From Felis catus (Eukaryota): a stretch of 64,000 nucleotides of DNA. The stretch is taken from contig NC_058368.1 in the NCBI RefSeq assembly GCF_018350175.1, positions 79,424,001 through 79,488,000 of the forward strand, in the 5' to 3' direction. Below are positions 25,589 through 35,884 of the stretch, one piece after another (position 1 is the first letter of the stretch; each line of letters starts with the position of its first letter). The notes beneath the pieces are model-generated. The model made no database searches, was not told the DNA's origin, and saw only the letters and a program-made list of their open reading frames with translations. The translations under genes were made by a program, and so were the position numbers.

Positions 25589-25794
25589 CAGGGTTGTCAG
25601 ATTTTGTGAATAAAAATGGAGGGCATCTAGTTAAATCTGAATTTGCCTATAAACAGTGAACATTTCTTTTTTTTTTTTTTTTTAGTATAAACGTATCCCA
25701 CACAATATTTAGGACAATCTATTCTAAAAATGTTTCGTTGTTTACCTGACTTCCCAATTTAACTGGGTATCCTGTATTTTTTCTAACAACCCTG
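25589..25794. mobile_element. MER53 palindromic hAT MITE
   Basis: cagggttgtcagatttt ... tatcccacacaatatttaggaca ... tttaactgggtatcctgtattttttctaacaaccctg; whole-element inverted symmetry. Confidence 0.85.
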
Positions 25795-26084
25795 TTAGGC
25801 ACTTTTACAAGTAAAATACTAGTGGAATTTCTGAAGCTGCCAGGTACTGCTATTGGTTTTTACCTTTAAAAAAAAATTGCTCTTCTAAAATATTGAGTAG
25901 ACACAAGGTGACTCCAAAGTATATGTAGTAGGTTACAAAGAACGGTGGTGAATGAATGCCCTCATGCTCACCAGTTAGCAGGGTAAGAATACTCCCCATA
26001 ACTTGGGAAGCCCCTTCTGCCTTCCCCATCCACCCCCCGCCCCACCCCAGGCTCCTCCTATCACACGCCACCTTAGTGCTCTAT

Positions 26085-26990
26085 CTACACCCAGTAATAC
26101 ATAAAACACATGTGCAGTATAAGGAATTACACAGAGAGACCTGTAGAGCCACCATCCAGGCAAGAATGTGATCAGCGTCGATCCCTAGAAGTATTCTCCA
26201 GAACCTTCCCTCGTGGCATTCGGCCCCCTCCTCTACAGACAGCCACGGTCTAGACTTCTCGTGAAAATCATTTTCTTGCTTTTCTTTACAGTCTTATCAC
26301 CTTCGTGTATATTCCATCATGTATATGGTTTAATTTTGCCTGTCCTTGACACTTACATAAATGGAATCATTTATTTCAAGTGGATATTCTATATTCGTGT
26401 GGTAGGGTTGCCCTAAGAAAATATGACAGGCTGGACAGCTTAACCAACAGAGTTCCTCTCCCCCAACCCTCCCGAGGTTCTGGAGGCTGGAAATCCCAGA
26501 TGGAGGTATTGGTGGGTTTGGTTTCTCCCGGGGTGCATGTGGTCACCTCTGGCGGGTTCCTCACGCGGCCTTTTTTCTGTGCACATTCTGTGTCTTTTCC
26601 TGTTTTTATAAGGACACCAGTCATGTGGGATTAGGGCCCACCCTAATGATTTCAATTTACTTTCATTATCTCTTTACAGGCCCCACTTCCAAATACAGTC
26701 ACACTGGGGGCAGGGTGGGTAACACTTCAACATATGAGTGGTGAGGGAGCGGGGAATTCAATTCAGCCCGTAACACATTCTTTCGTAAAGTTTCCCCCAC
26801 CCTAATATTATATTTGTGGAGTTTGCCCAATCTGCCAGAAGCAGTTTTAGATTGTTGTCTAGAATTCCATTGTGCATATCTAAATAACTTTATCCATTTA
26901 CAGTTGGTGGACATCCAAGTTATTTCCAAGTTTTGCTTTTATAAAAAAACACTGCTTTGTACACATCTTTCAAAGTGAATCCTCATGCAC
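26085..26990 (-). mobile_element. Old L1 (L1ME-like) fragment split by an MLT1 LTR
   Basis: ttttgcctgtccttgacacttacataaatggaatcat before the LTR; tttatccatttacagttggtggacatccaagttatttcca after it. Confidence 0.65.
26398..26776 (-). mobile_element. MaLR solo LTR (MLT1A/B-like)
   Basis: ttctggaggctggaaatcccagat; gacaccagtcat...gattagggcccaccctaatga; tccaaatacagtcaca; aattcagcccgtaaca. Confidence 0.85.
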
Positions 26991-27009
26991 AAATACGATA
27001 TATAAATCC

Positions 27010-27492
27010 ATACACACCATGGAATATTACTCAGCCATGAGAATGAAGTCTTGCCATTCACAAGATTGGACCTGGAGGCATTGTATTAAGTGAAACAAGT
27101 CAGACGGAGAAAGACAAATACCCTATGATCTCACTTGTACATGAAATCTAAAAAACTAAACAAACAAGCAAACAAACATGGGAACAGACTCATAAATACA
27201 GGGAATAAACTGGTGATTGTAGGAAGGGAAAGGCGTGGGGGGAAGTACGAAAGAGCTGATGAAGGTTAAGAGCTACAAACTGCCAGTTAGAAAATAAGTA
27301 AGTCGCACGCAACGTATAGTGTAGGGAATATGGTCAGTATTATTGTCACAACTGTGCATGGTGACAGGTGGTAGCTACAGTTACTGGGGTGACCATTTCA
27401 TAATGTATATCAATACCAAATCACTAGGTTATATGCCTGAAACCGATATGATGTTATATGTCAATCATTCTTCAACCAAAAAAAAAAAAAGT
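27010..27492 (+). mobile_element. 5'-truncated L1 3' end (L1MA/L1_Carn-like) with poly-A
   Basis: atggaatattactcagccat; aagtgaaacaagtcagacggagaaagacaaata; cctgaaaccgatatgatgttatatgtcaa; A tail. Confidence 0.85.
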
Positions 27493-28239
27493 AATGTCAT
27501 AAAGTTATTCGTAAGATTCTCTTATTGTTTTAGTATGTTTTTTTTAATGTCTACACCCGCCATGGTTATAAACCCCCATTTCATTCCTGATAGCTTTGTC
27601 TGGGTCTTTTCTTCCCCCTTCACTAGCGTTTCATGTTTTTCACCGGTGTTTGCAAGTATCGTACTGTCTCTTATCCAACTCCGATAGTTCATTCGACTCG
27701 TGAGTTCTTTCGTAATGTACTTGATCACTTCTGAACCTGCCTGAGTTTTCTTCAGTTGCTGGTTTCTAGCTTAACTGCACTGTATTCAGTGAACACACCC
27801 GGTGTGACTTCAGTCCTCTGACATGTAGGAAAATTGGCTTAATGGCCCAGAACCTGATCCACTTTTTATCAATATCTCATCTATATTCCGTGGCTCAGGG
27901 ATGTGGTGTTCTGCATGTGACTGCTGAGCCTGTTTTCCTCTCCATGTTGTCCAGAATTTCTGTATCATTTTATCCGTGTTTACCTGTCCGCTTCATCACA
28001 GTTACTGTGACACATGTGTTAAAAGTCACCCACTGTGATTATCTGTTTTTATCAATTTTTGCTCTACAGATTTTGGCACATACAAATCATTAGGCATGTG
28101 CAAATCCTGGGTAGGTTTTTTGGGGAGTGGGCAGATGTATTTAACTCTTTATCACCACACGTAACCTCTATGTCTGTTAATGTTTTTTGTTTTAAAATGT
28201 ATTTTATCTCATTTTAATATTGCAACATCATCTTTCTTT

Positions 28240-28443
28240 TTTTTTTTAATGTTTACTTTTGAGAGAGAGACAGAGCATGAGCAGGGGAGGGGCAGAGAGA
28301 GAGGGAGACACAGAGTCCGAAGCAGGTTCCAGGCTCTGAGCTGTTGGCACAGAGCTCGACACAGGGCTCGAACTCACGAACTGTGAGATCATGACCTGAG
28401 TGGAAGTCGGAGGCTTAACCGACCGAGCCACCCAGGCAGCCCA
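28240..28443 (-). mobile_element. Can-SINE
   Basis: Full element; catcatctttcttt duplicated on both sides. Confidence 0.94.
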
Positions 28444-28897
28444 GCATCATCTTTCTTTGGTGAAATCTTTCAAAGTATGAATTCCAACTTTTAACATTAA
28501 ATCTCTTGGAATGCTTACCTGTTGTCTGTTAGATTTATTTTTTGCATTCAGACTGAAATCATCCTGGTTTAACCAGGCATGGCATCCCTTTATAGTAAGT
28601 GGAAGGGCTGATGTGTTTTGATGTATACTTATTATTTAATTTTATGTCTTGTCTTCTCTTTGTCTTCTACTTCCCTCCATTTTTTTCTCCTCTCTTCTGG
28701 AATTACGCATTCTCCATTCTTTTCTTGATACTCTAGAAATCGCACCAGGTAGGGTTCATCTATTCAAGGTCAAAGTTAACTAAAATATTCGGAACATATA
28801 CAGACCTCAAAACAGTGAGTTTTTTACCCTCCATCCGAAGTTGACCAGGCAACTTTTATTCGTGTCCTGAACCCCCAAGAAGCCATCTTTATCGTTT

Positions 28898-29114
28898 AAA
28901 AAATTTTTTTTCAACGTTTATTTATTTTTGGGACAGAGAGAGACAGAGCATGAACGGGGGAGGGGCAGAGAGAGAGGGAGACACGGAATCGGAAACAGGC
29001 TCCAGGCTCTGAGCCATCAGCCCAAAGCCTGACGCGGGGCTCGAACTCACGGACCGCGAGATCGTGACCTGGCTGAAGTCGGACGCTTAACCGATTGCGC
29101 CACCCAGGCGCCCC
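28898..29114 (-). mobile_element. Young SINEC_Fc
   Basis: CpGs largely intact; perfect 15-bp TSD ccatctttatcgttt at 28883-28897 and 29115-29129. Confidence 0.97.
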
Positions 29115-29919
29115 CCATCTTTATCGTTTTATATCTGCCGTATGTGTCTAGGTTAACCCGTACCTTCTAACCTATTTGTTCTACCACTTTCTGCTCTTTA
29201 TTCCTTCCTTAATCTCAGACATACCATCTGGAATACCTTCCCTTCTGCTTAAAGTATATCTGTTGGAGTTTCCCTTAATTAGAGCGTCTTGGAGTCAAAA
29301 TCTTTCAGCATTTGTTTTTCTAAAAATATATTTATTTTGTCTTTATAATCTTAAGACGTTTTGTTGGATCAGAATTACAGGCTGGCAGCATTCGTTCCCC
29401 CAAAACATTGAAGACATTCCATTATCTTCCTCCCATTATTACTGCTGATACAACGGAAGTACTTCTGTCATTTCTCTGGCTGTATAACTTGAACCTGAAG
29501 TCCAGGGTTACGTGATTTTTCTGCTGTCCTTTTCACGAGGGTACCAGTACTGCATGGCCCCAGTGCTGCAGGAGGCAAACAACTTCAAACCCTGACCCTG
29601 ACCGCCCTTCCTCCCATCTCAGATCCCTGTATTTACACGAAGTCCAGGCCTCAGAGCCCCTGCCTCTGTTAACAACCACGGGGCAAGGGCCCACCCCCTC
29701 AATGCTCAAGCATTTCAACACTGACTTGTTCTGGAACCTTCAGAGTTTTATTTTTCTCAGGAGCTTGGCTGTCTATTTAATTTTTGTTCTCCTTTTTATT
29801 TTTACTTAGCACATCTAGGTATTTGTAATAGGAGTGTTCTACACTCCTATTTTGCCAAACATGTTGCTGGAACCAGAAGTCCCAGAAGCAGCAATGTCTG
29901 TCTAGCTAGTATTTAAATT

Positions 29920-30420
29920 TTTCCAGAGCATGGCAGAATATAAGAAGCTTCCCAATGAATTCAGTGACACTTATATAAGCTTGATGTATTAAAAAATAAA
30001 ATTGTAGTCACAAAACAGGGCCAATTTTCCCTATGAATAGAGATTTTTTCAAAAATTATTAGTATTTAGGGGCGCTTGGGTGATTCAGTTGGTTGAGCGT
30101 CCAACTTTGTCTCAGATCATGATCTCACAGTTCGTGAATTCAAACCCTGCATCAGGCTCTGTGCTGACAGCTCAGAACCTGAAGCCTGCTTCCAATTCTG
30201 TATCTCCCTCTCTCTCTGCCCCTTCCCTTCTCACACTTTGTCTCTCTCTCTCTCTCTCTCTTAAAAATAAATAAACATTAAAAATAAAGTTTAAAAAAAT
30301 TAGTATTATTTAATCCAGTAACATATTCTATACTAATACATCATCAAGTAAAATTTATTCCAAGAATACAAGAATTGTTTAATATTAGGGACCATATCAA
30401 TACTATTGAACATGTTTCAA
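29920..30420 (+). mobile_element. Old L1 ORF2 (RT region) fragment
   Basis: About 30339-30413 translates HHQVKFIPRIQELFNIRDHINTIEH, resembling L1 ORF2 [26 protein letters not shown]. Confidence 0.7.
30068..30295 (+). mobile_element. Can-SINE
   Basis: ggggcgcttgggtgattcag head, (CT)n, A tail. Confidence 0.93.
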
Positions 30421-30477
30421 AGAGTGACAACTTGAAAATAACTCTAAGATAATATCAATTTTAAAAATCAAGATATC

Positions 30478-30728
30478 GGGGCACCTGGGTGGCTCAGTCA
30501 GTTAAGCGTCCGATTCTTGATTTCGGTTCAGGTCATGATCTCACAGTTTCGTGGGTTCGAGCCTCACGTCGGGCTCTGCACTGACTCTGCCAAGCCCGCT
30601 TAGGATCCTGTCTTTGTCTCTGTCTCTGTCTCTCTCTCCATCTCTCTCTGCCCCTCCCCAGCTTGTACCCTCTCTGTCTCTCTCAAAATAAATAAACTTT
30701 AAAAATTATAAAAAATTAAAAATTAAAA
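30478..30728 (+). mobile_element. Can-SINE
   Basis: Full element; TSD aaaatca(a/g)gatat. Confidence 0.93.
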
Positions 30729-31199
30729 TTAAAATCAGGATAATAACAGACTGTGGAGAATAATTCCATTTTTATGCAGAAAAATATGTATCTCTTTGCA
30801 GCCCCCTACAAGGCCAACATAACCACACACAAATACTTATATGCCTTCTCCCAGTAGCAAGATCACAAGTGTCTTTTTTTCTCCGTTACACCTTCCTGAG
30901 CTTTCCACGTTCTCTGCGGTAAGATCGGTATCACCTATCAGAAAATACCTGTACAGTAAAGATCCAGTCTTTCTTGTCAACCACACAAATCTAAGCCCTC
31001 AATCTGGCAGCAGGAACCCCTTAGGATGACACGTCCCTTCTAAAAGGTTTCCTCTAACAATTTTCAAAAAGGGACCTTCAAAAACAGTACTGTCACACCC
31101 AGACATCCTGCTCTTTCCCCGAGCAATTTTATTGCTCAAATTCTTTGCTCACAGCATCTACCAAATTAAACGCATGCATTTAAATACTAACTTCATTCT

Positions 31200-31325
31200 G
31201 GGGGCACCTGGTTGGCTCAGTCGGAAGAGTATGAGAATCTCGATCTCAGGGTTGTAAGTTCAAGCGCCACGTGGGGAGTAGAAATTATTTAAATGAAAAA
31301 CAGTTTAAAATAGATAAATAAATAA
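31200..31325 (+). mobile_element. Short old Can-SINE lacking the (CT)n body
   Basis: ggggcacctggttggctcagtcggaagag...gggttgtaagttcaagc followed by an A-rich tail. Confidence 0.8.
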
Positions 31326-32959
31326 ATGCACACTAGCTTCATTCTGTTCCCTGCAGTAGGACTTTCCCATCGAATACAACCCAAGTTCTTCTCTATAGCC
31401 TTGAAGCTTCCTCACACAACTTGGTATTGAATCCAGTGATGATGTGTCATTTTTCCTGGTGTCTATTTGCACATTAATCCAAAAGCAGCTTATGCACACC
31501 GAATGCACAAACTTTTTCATTGTTTTCATATATTTTATGTTTTTCATTTATTTTATATCTCCATTACCAGTACATTCCATAATTCAGAACACAAGATCGA
31601 TAACACAGGTGGTAAACCTGGCTCGTTGGGTATTAGTGAAGAAACAGCACTCTTGAGGGAAAAAATATAAGGAAGACTCCCAGCACAGTTTTTGGCTCTC
31701 CACTATAGCAAGACAAACAGCAAAAATAGAATTTAAAAGACAAGTACACCGCAAAACTCTGTGTGCCTTCAGTTAACGTTAACCAATACTAACTTAAACA
31801 ATCAAAATGCTAAATATTCTGTCGACTTCCCTCCCTCCTTTCTTTCTTCTTTTCTAATAAAGGCCTTATTAGCACTGTTTTGCAAGTAACTGAGGCAACA
31901 AAGGCCGAATGGCCGATGTTGCACTTTGCTGGGAGGGCATGTGCAAACGTGGCGGGAACCATAGGCTCATGCTGGCGCCATGAGCCCAGCACACGCCGGA
32001 TTCCTTACACCGTAAATGAGACCAAAATCAATGCAATTATTGAGAGGAATAAATCAGGATTTGCAATGGAAGCTCATATCCCGAAAGTCAACTGAAGGGA
32101 TGAATATTACTTAATTAGTTCACATGCTTCCTACACAAAATAGAAGCGCATAGGCACAGAAGGAAGGCCACAGGAGAAGCACGTGTGATTAACTTATTTC
32201 CCATAAAGCCTGTATTAGGATCTGTCTGTAGGGTCCGGTCCTCATTTGGCACCTGACAAGGTCATTTAACAATCCTCCCCCCTCCCCACAGCACCACCTT
32301 CGGGGTTAGGAAACACGTGTGTGTGCCTGTCCTTCCAGTCATTCGCTAGATACACCCCTGGGACGATCATCCAACTCTCTGTGTCGCAAGTTATCCATAT
32401 GTGAAGTGGGGACATAATAGCCACATTAATGACTTCACAGAGTTGGTTGTGGGGATGGCATGTATGAAGGAGCTTTTTAAACGACCAGATTTCGTAGATT
32501 AGAAATAGTGCTGAGATGATGGTAGCGGGGGGAGAGATGGCACATTTAATACCCTGCTGCTTCCTCTCCCCCCAGGAGGGAGCAGGTGACTGACAGGAGC
32601 ATGGAGAGCGAGCGGACTTCAGCTCTCGGCCGCAGTGAGCAGCTTCTGCGGGCGCAACTCTCCCAAGAACAGCCACCAGTGCCGAATAAATTGCCAAAAA
32701 AGAGCCAAGTGGAGGCATTCACGGGCACCCAAGGCAGCCACAACCTGAGAATCTCAGGCCTCAGAAAACAGCTCGGTTCCACACACAGCTTCGCCCTGGT
32801 GGCCCCTGCGATCTGTCGCCTCTGCTGGGGCACAAGCAGGAATCTGTGGTCCACGTGTTCGGGATCTGGCGGGTCACCTGCCACCCACACACGTGACTGC
32901 CGGGACTCCTGAGGGCACCCCACGCGAGTCAGAGAAGCCCCTGGGCAGGAAAGAAGTAC

Positions 32960-33265
32960 GTGATGTCATGGGGGAACGGTGTCTCTGCAAAATTCACATC
33001 CACCGGTAGCCTCAGAATGTGGCCTTATTTGGAAATAGCATCTTTGCAGATGGAATTAGGTAGAAGAAGATGGGTCATAGTGGGGAGGACGGGCCCTAGA
33101 CCAAAGTGTCCTGATGAGAAGAGGACGCAGACACAGAGGGGAGGCAGCATGGAGACGGGGGCAGACTCCACGGGGAGGTCTCTAGAGCCCAGACTCCCAA
33201 CTGCCCCTATGCCAGAAGCTAGGGGGAGGCAGAGAGGCTTTGGCCCACCCCTGCCCGATCTGGAG
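32960..33265 (+). mobile_element. MaLR LTR (MLT1B/C-like), partial
   Basis: aaaattcacat...cctcagaatgtggccttatttggaaatagcatctttgcagatg; gccagaagctagggggagg. Confidence 0.75.
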
Positions 33266-33785
33266 TTACAGCAGAGGTCTAGGAAAATCACAGACGTGAT
33301 GAGGACCCCACATGGGGGCTGCGGGTTGGCAGCCCACAGATTCTCGAAGCCACCTGAGGACTGTGCGGAGCAGGTGGCTGCCGGTGAGAAATCTGCGATG
33401 GTTCCCAGCGGCTCCACCCCCCCCCCAGGGCCCAACCTGTTCCCCCACCAGTTTGGTTTACTTCCTGCTGTCCAAAACCAGGTGCCCATTTCCACTGACT
33501 GCTTGTGCCGTGGAATCTGTCTACACCACCTTTCCCCTCTCTCCACGATTCCAAATGGACCACTTCCCCAACCATTTTACAGCTCATCGCACTCTCCCTG
33601 TCCTTAAACCACTACTCTGATTTTACACAGGAAGACACCAAACCCCGGACAAGCTCAGCCAGCTGGGGGGAACCAGGGGCCACATTATAATCCCAGAAAT
33701 CCCTCCCTTCATCAACTGCTGCTTCTATCAGGTTGCACTGCCACTGTGCCCTCTGCATTTCTGTCTCCTTTGTGGTGAAAATGTC

Positions 33786-34101
33786 TTTTTTTTTTTTTTA
33801 GTTTATTTATTTATTTTGAGAGCAAGAATGAGCACACGAACGGGGCAGGGCAGAGAGAGAGGAAGAGAGAATCCCAAGCAGGATCTGCATTTTATGCACA
33901 GAGCCCAACACGGGGCTTGGTCTCATGGTCTTGAGATCATGACCTGAGCTGAGATCAAGAGTCAGACGCTTGGGGTGCCCGGGGGGCTCAGTCGATTGAG
34001 TGTCCGACTTCAGCTCAGGTCATGATCTCACAGTTCATGGGTTCGAGCCCTGCATCGGGTTCTGTGTTTACCTTGTGGAGGCTGGAGCCTGCTTCATATT
34101 C

Positions 34102-34143
<42 letters not shown>

Positions 34144-34240
34144 CGTCCCCAGCTCACACTCTGCCTCTCTCTCTCTCAAAAATAAACATTAAAAAAAAAA
34201 AAGAGTTGGACTCTTAACCAGCTGAGCCACCCAGGAGCCC
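33786..34240 (-). mobile_element. Can-SINE (outer, host of a nested SINE)
   Basis: Body 33786-33971 resumes at 34216-34240; outer TSD gaaaatgtc. Confidence 0.9.
33972..34200 (+). mobile_element. Can-SINE nested in opposite orientation
   Basis: TSD aagagtcagacgctt (33957-33971) / aagagttggactctt (34201-34215). Confidence 0.93.
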
Positions 34241-35274
34241 AGAAAATGTCCTTCCTTTAGCAAGTTGTTTTCTGGGGAGCAGGGCAATCATTGAACTCCC
34301 GTCTCTTCCTGGATCAGAGGAGGGGAATTAGATCTATGATTCCGGCCACATGTCTTTATGACGCAAAATCATATTTGATTGCTAGTGATTCATTTGCAAC
34401 AGCAAAACTGACGCTCTTGTGCACATCTGACTTGTCACTGGACTTGTACAATTTTATTGATTTAGACATTGACCCTTGTATCTACTAGGACTCCCTCACC
34501 CTAACGGCTTGTTTAGATTTAGAAATCGATTATTTTGATAGCTGGAGTTGTACTAATAAACTTTTCACATCGAGTGAAAATACGCTTGCCATGATCTCAT
34601 TACGAAGCCTGTGCCCGGTGGACCGCATTGAGAGGAGAGTGCAACATACAATCACGTGTTGTCATGGAGAAGCTGGGTGCTTGATTTCTGATTTATAACA
34701 ATTTCATAGCCTGCTATTTGCACACTTTATATTGTTCCTGGCAGTTAAACGGAAAGCCATAACTTACAGAGGGAAGATTTAGAGTTTCTAACTTTTCAAT
34801 TTTGGAAAGGGGGGTTGGCTCTCTCTAAATTCAGATCGGATTCCCACCGAAGCTAGGTGTGCAGCTCTTACTTGGGTTTAAGCCCATGGAAGCCAATTAT
34901 TGGAGGGTTACACGTTCTACCAATTATCATTCCTTCCCTTCCTCCATTTTTCTTCAAATGTGTCTACTGACCATTTGCTTTGGTTATTATTCATCGGTCT
35001 CAACGCTTTGAATCCCATAGTGTGTCAGGTGCCTGAGGTGAGTTTTTCTCCACAAATTGGATACATATTGTCATGTTTTGACATAGCAATACAGGCTTGC
35101 CATGCACTGACATTGTTTCTGTGAAAAATGCCTGTGGATCATACTTACATCTATTTTCCTGTTCATTTACTGATATGCTTGGAGGGAGTCTGTTTTGCCT
35201 TTAACTTTGATAATATTTAAATGTTGCCTTTTGTTCACGTAAGCAATTCTTGAATCACTCTGTTCAAAACAACA

Positions 35275-35400
35275 ACAAAATACTTTACAAAGATTATTGA
35301 GCATATTCCAGGCCCAGTGCTTGCTACTGAATGCTTGAGGGCACAGATTTACCAGTATAACCCCTGCCTTTGAGGAACTCACAGTCTAGTGAGAAAGCAA
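35275..35400 (-). mobile_element. L2 3' fragment
   Basis: attattgagcatattccaggcccagtgc...ccctgcctttgaggaactcacagtctagtg. Confidence 0.6.
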
Positions 35401-35419
35401 GCATATAATAATAATTCAA

Positions 35420-35775
35420 ATCATTAAGCATCAGCAAGAAGAAAGTTCTGCTGCAGATAACATGGCCTACTAAAGTAGAAATTCTCTAGCTGTTCAGAGC
35501 TGATGTGGTCAATTTGCCATCAAAGCTTCAACCTACTTGAAGTTCGCCACTCCATAAACTCTAGGGTGCATCCCTTATCCTCGTATTCCCGAAGAGTTGC
35601 AAGAGGTCCAGCAATCTTAAGTACATTCCAGTAAGCAGGATGGATGAAGGAGTATGAAGAAATCACAAAGGGTATACACAAGTTATCTCTTAAGTAAGTT
35701 TCCTAGAAGCTGTCGGTCAGTACATCTGCTTACATTTCATTGGCCAGAACTCAGTCAGATGACCACACTTGTGAG
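35420..35775 (-). mobile_element. Old MaLR LTR (MLT1J/K/L-like)
   Basis: tctgcttacatttcattggccagaactcagtcagatgaccacac. Confidence 0.5.
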
Positions 35776-35839
35776 ATATAATCTTACTTATCAGCAGCAA
35801 CTGGCCCAGATATATAATGCAGGGTTAGATTTCTATTAA

Positions 35840-35841
<2 letters not shown>

Positions 35842-35877
<36 letters not shown>

Positions 35878-35884
35878 ACATACA
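35842..35884. repeat. (CA)n microsatellite
   Basis: Seen directly in the sequence. Confidence 0.92.

Larger units (their letters stand above)
27500..29480 (-). mobile_element. Highly diverged L1/HAL1-like fragments
   Basis: T-rich antisense L1-like segments (tttctagcttaactgcactgtattcagtgaaca; ttggatcagaattacaggctggcag), interrupted by SINEs. Confidence 0.5.

Noticed and set aside
31200..31275. tRNA-like sequence with A and B boxes
   Set aside because: tRNA-derived SINE head followed by an A-rich tail; no intact cloverleaf evident.
32960..33607. 215-aa ORF and overlapping antisense ORFs
   Set aside because: Begins in an MLT1 LTR; GC-rich sequence is open in several frames by chance.
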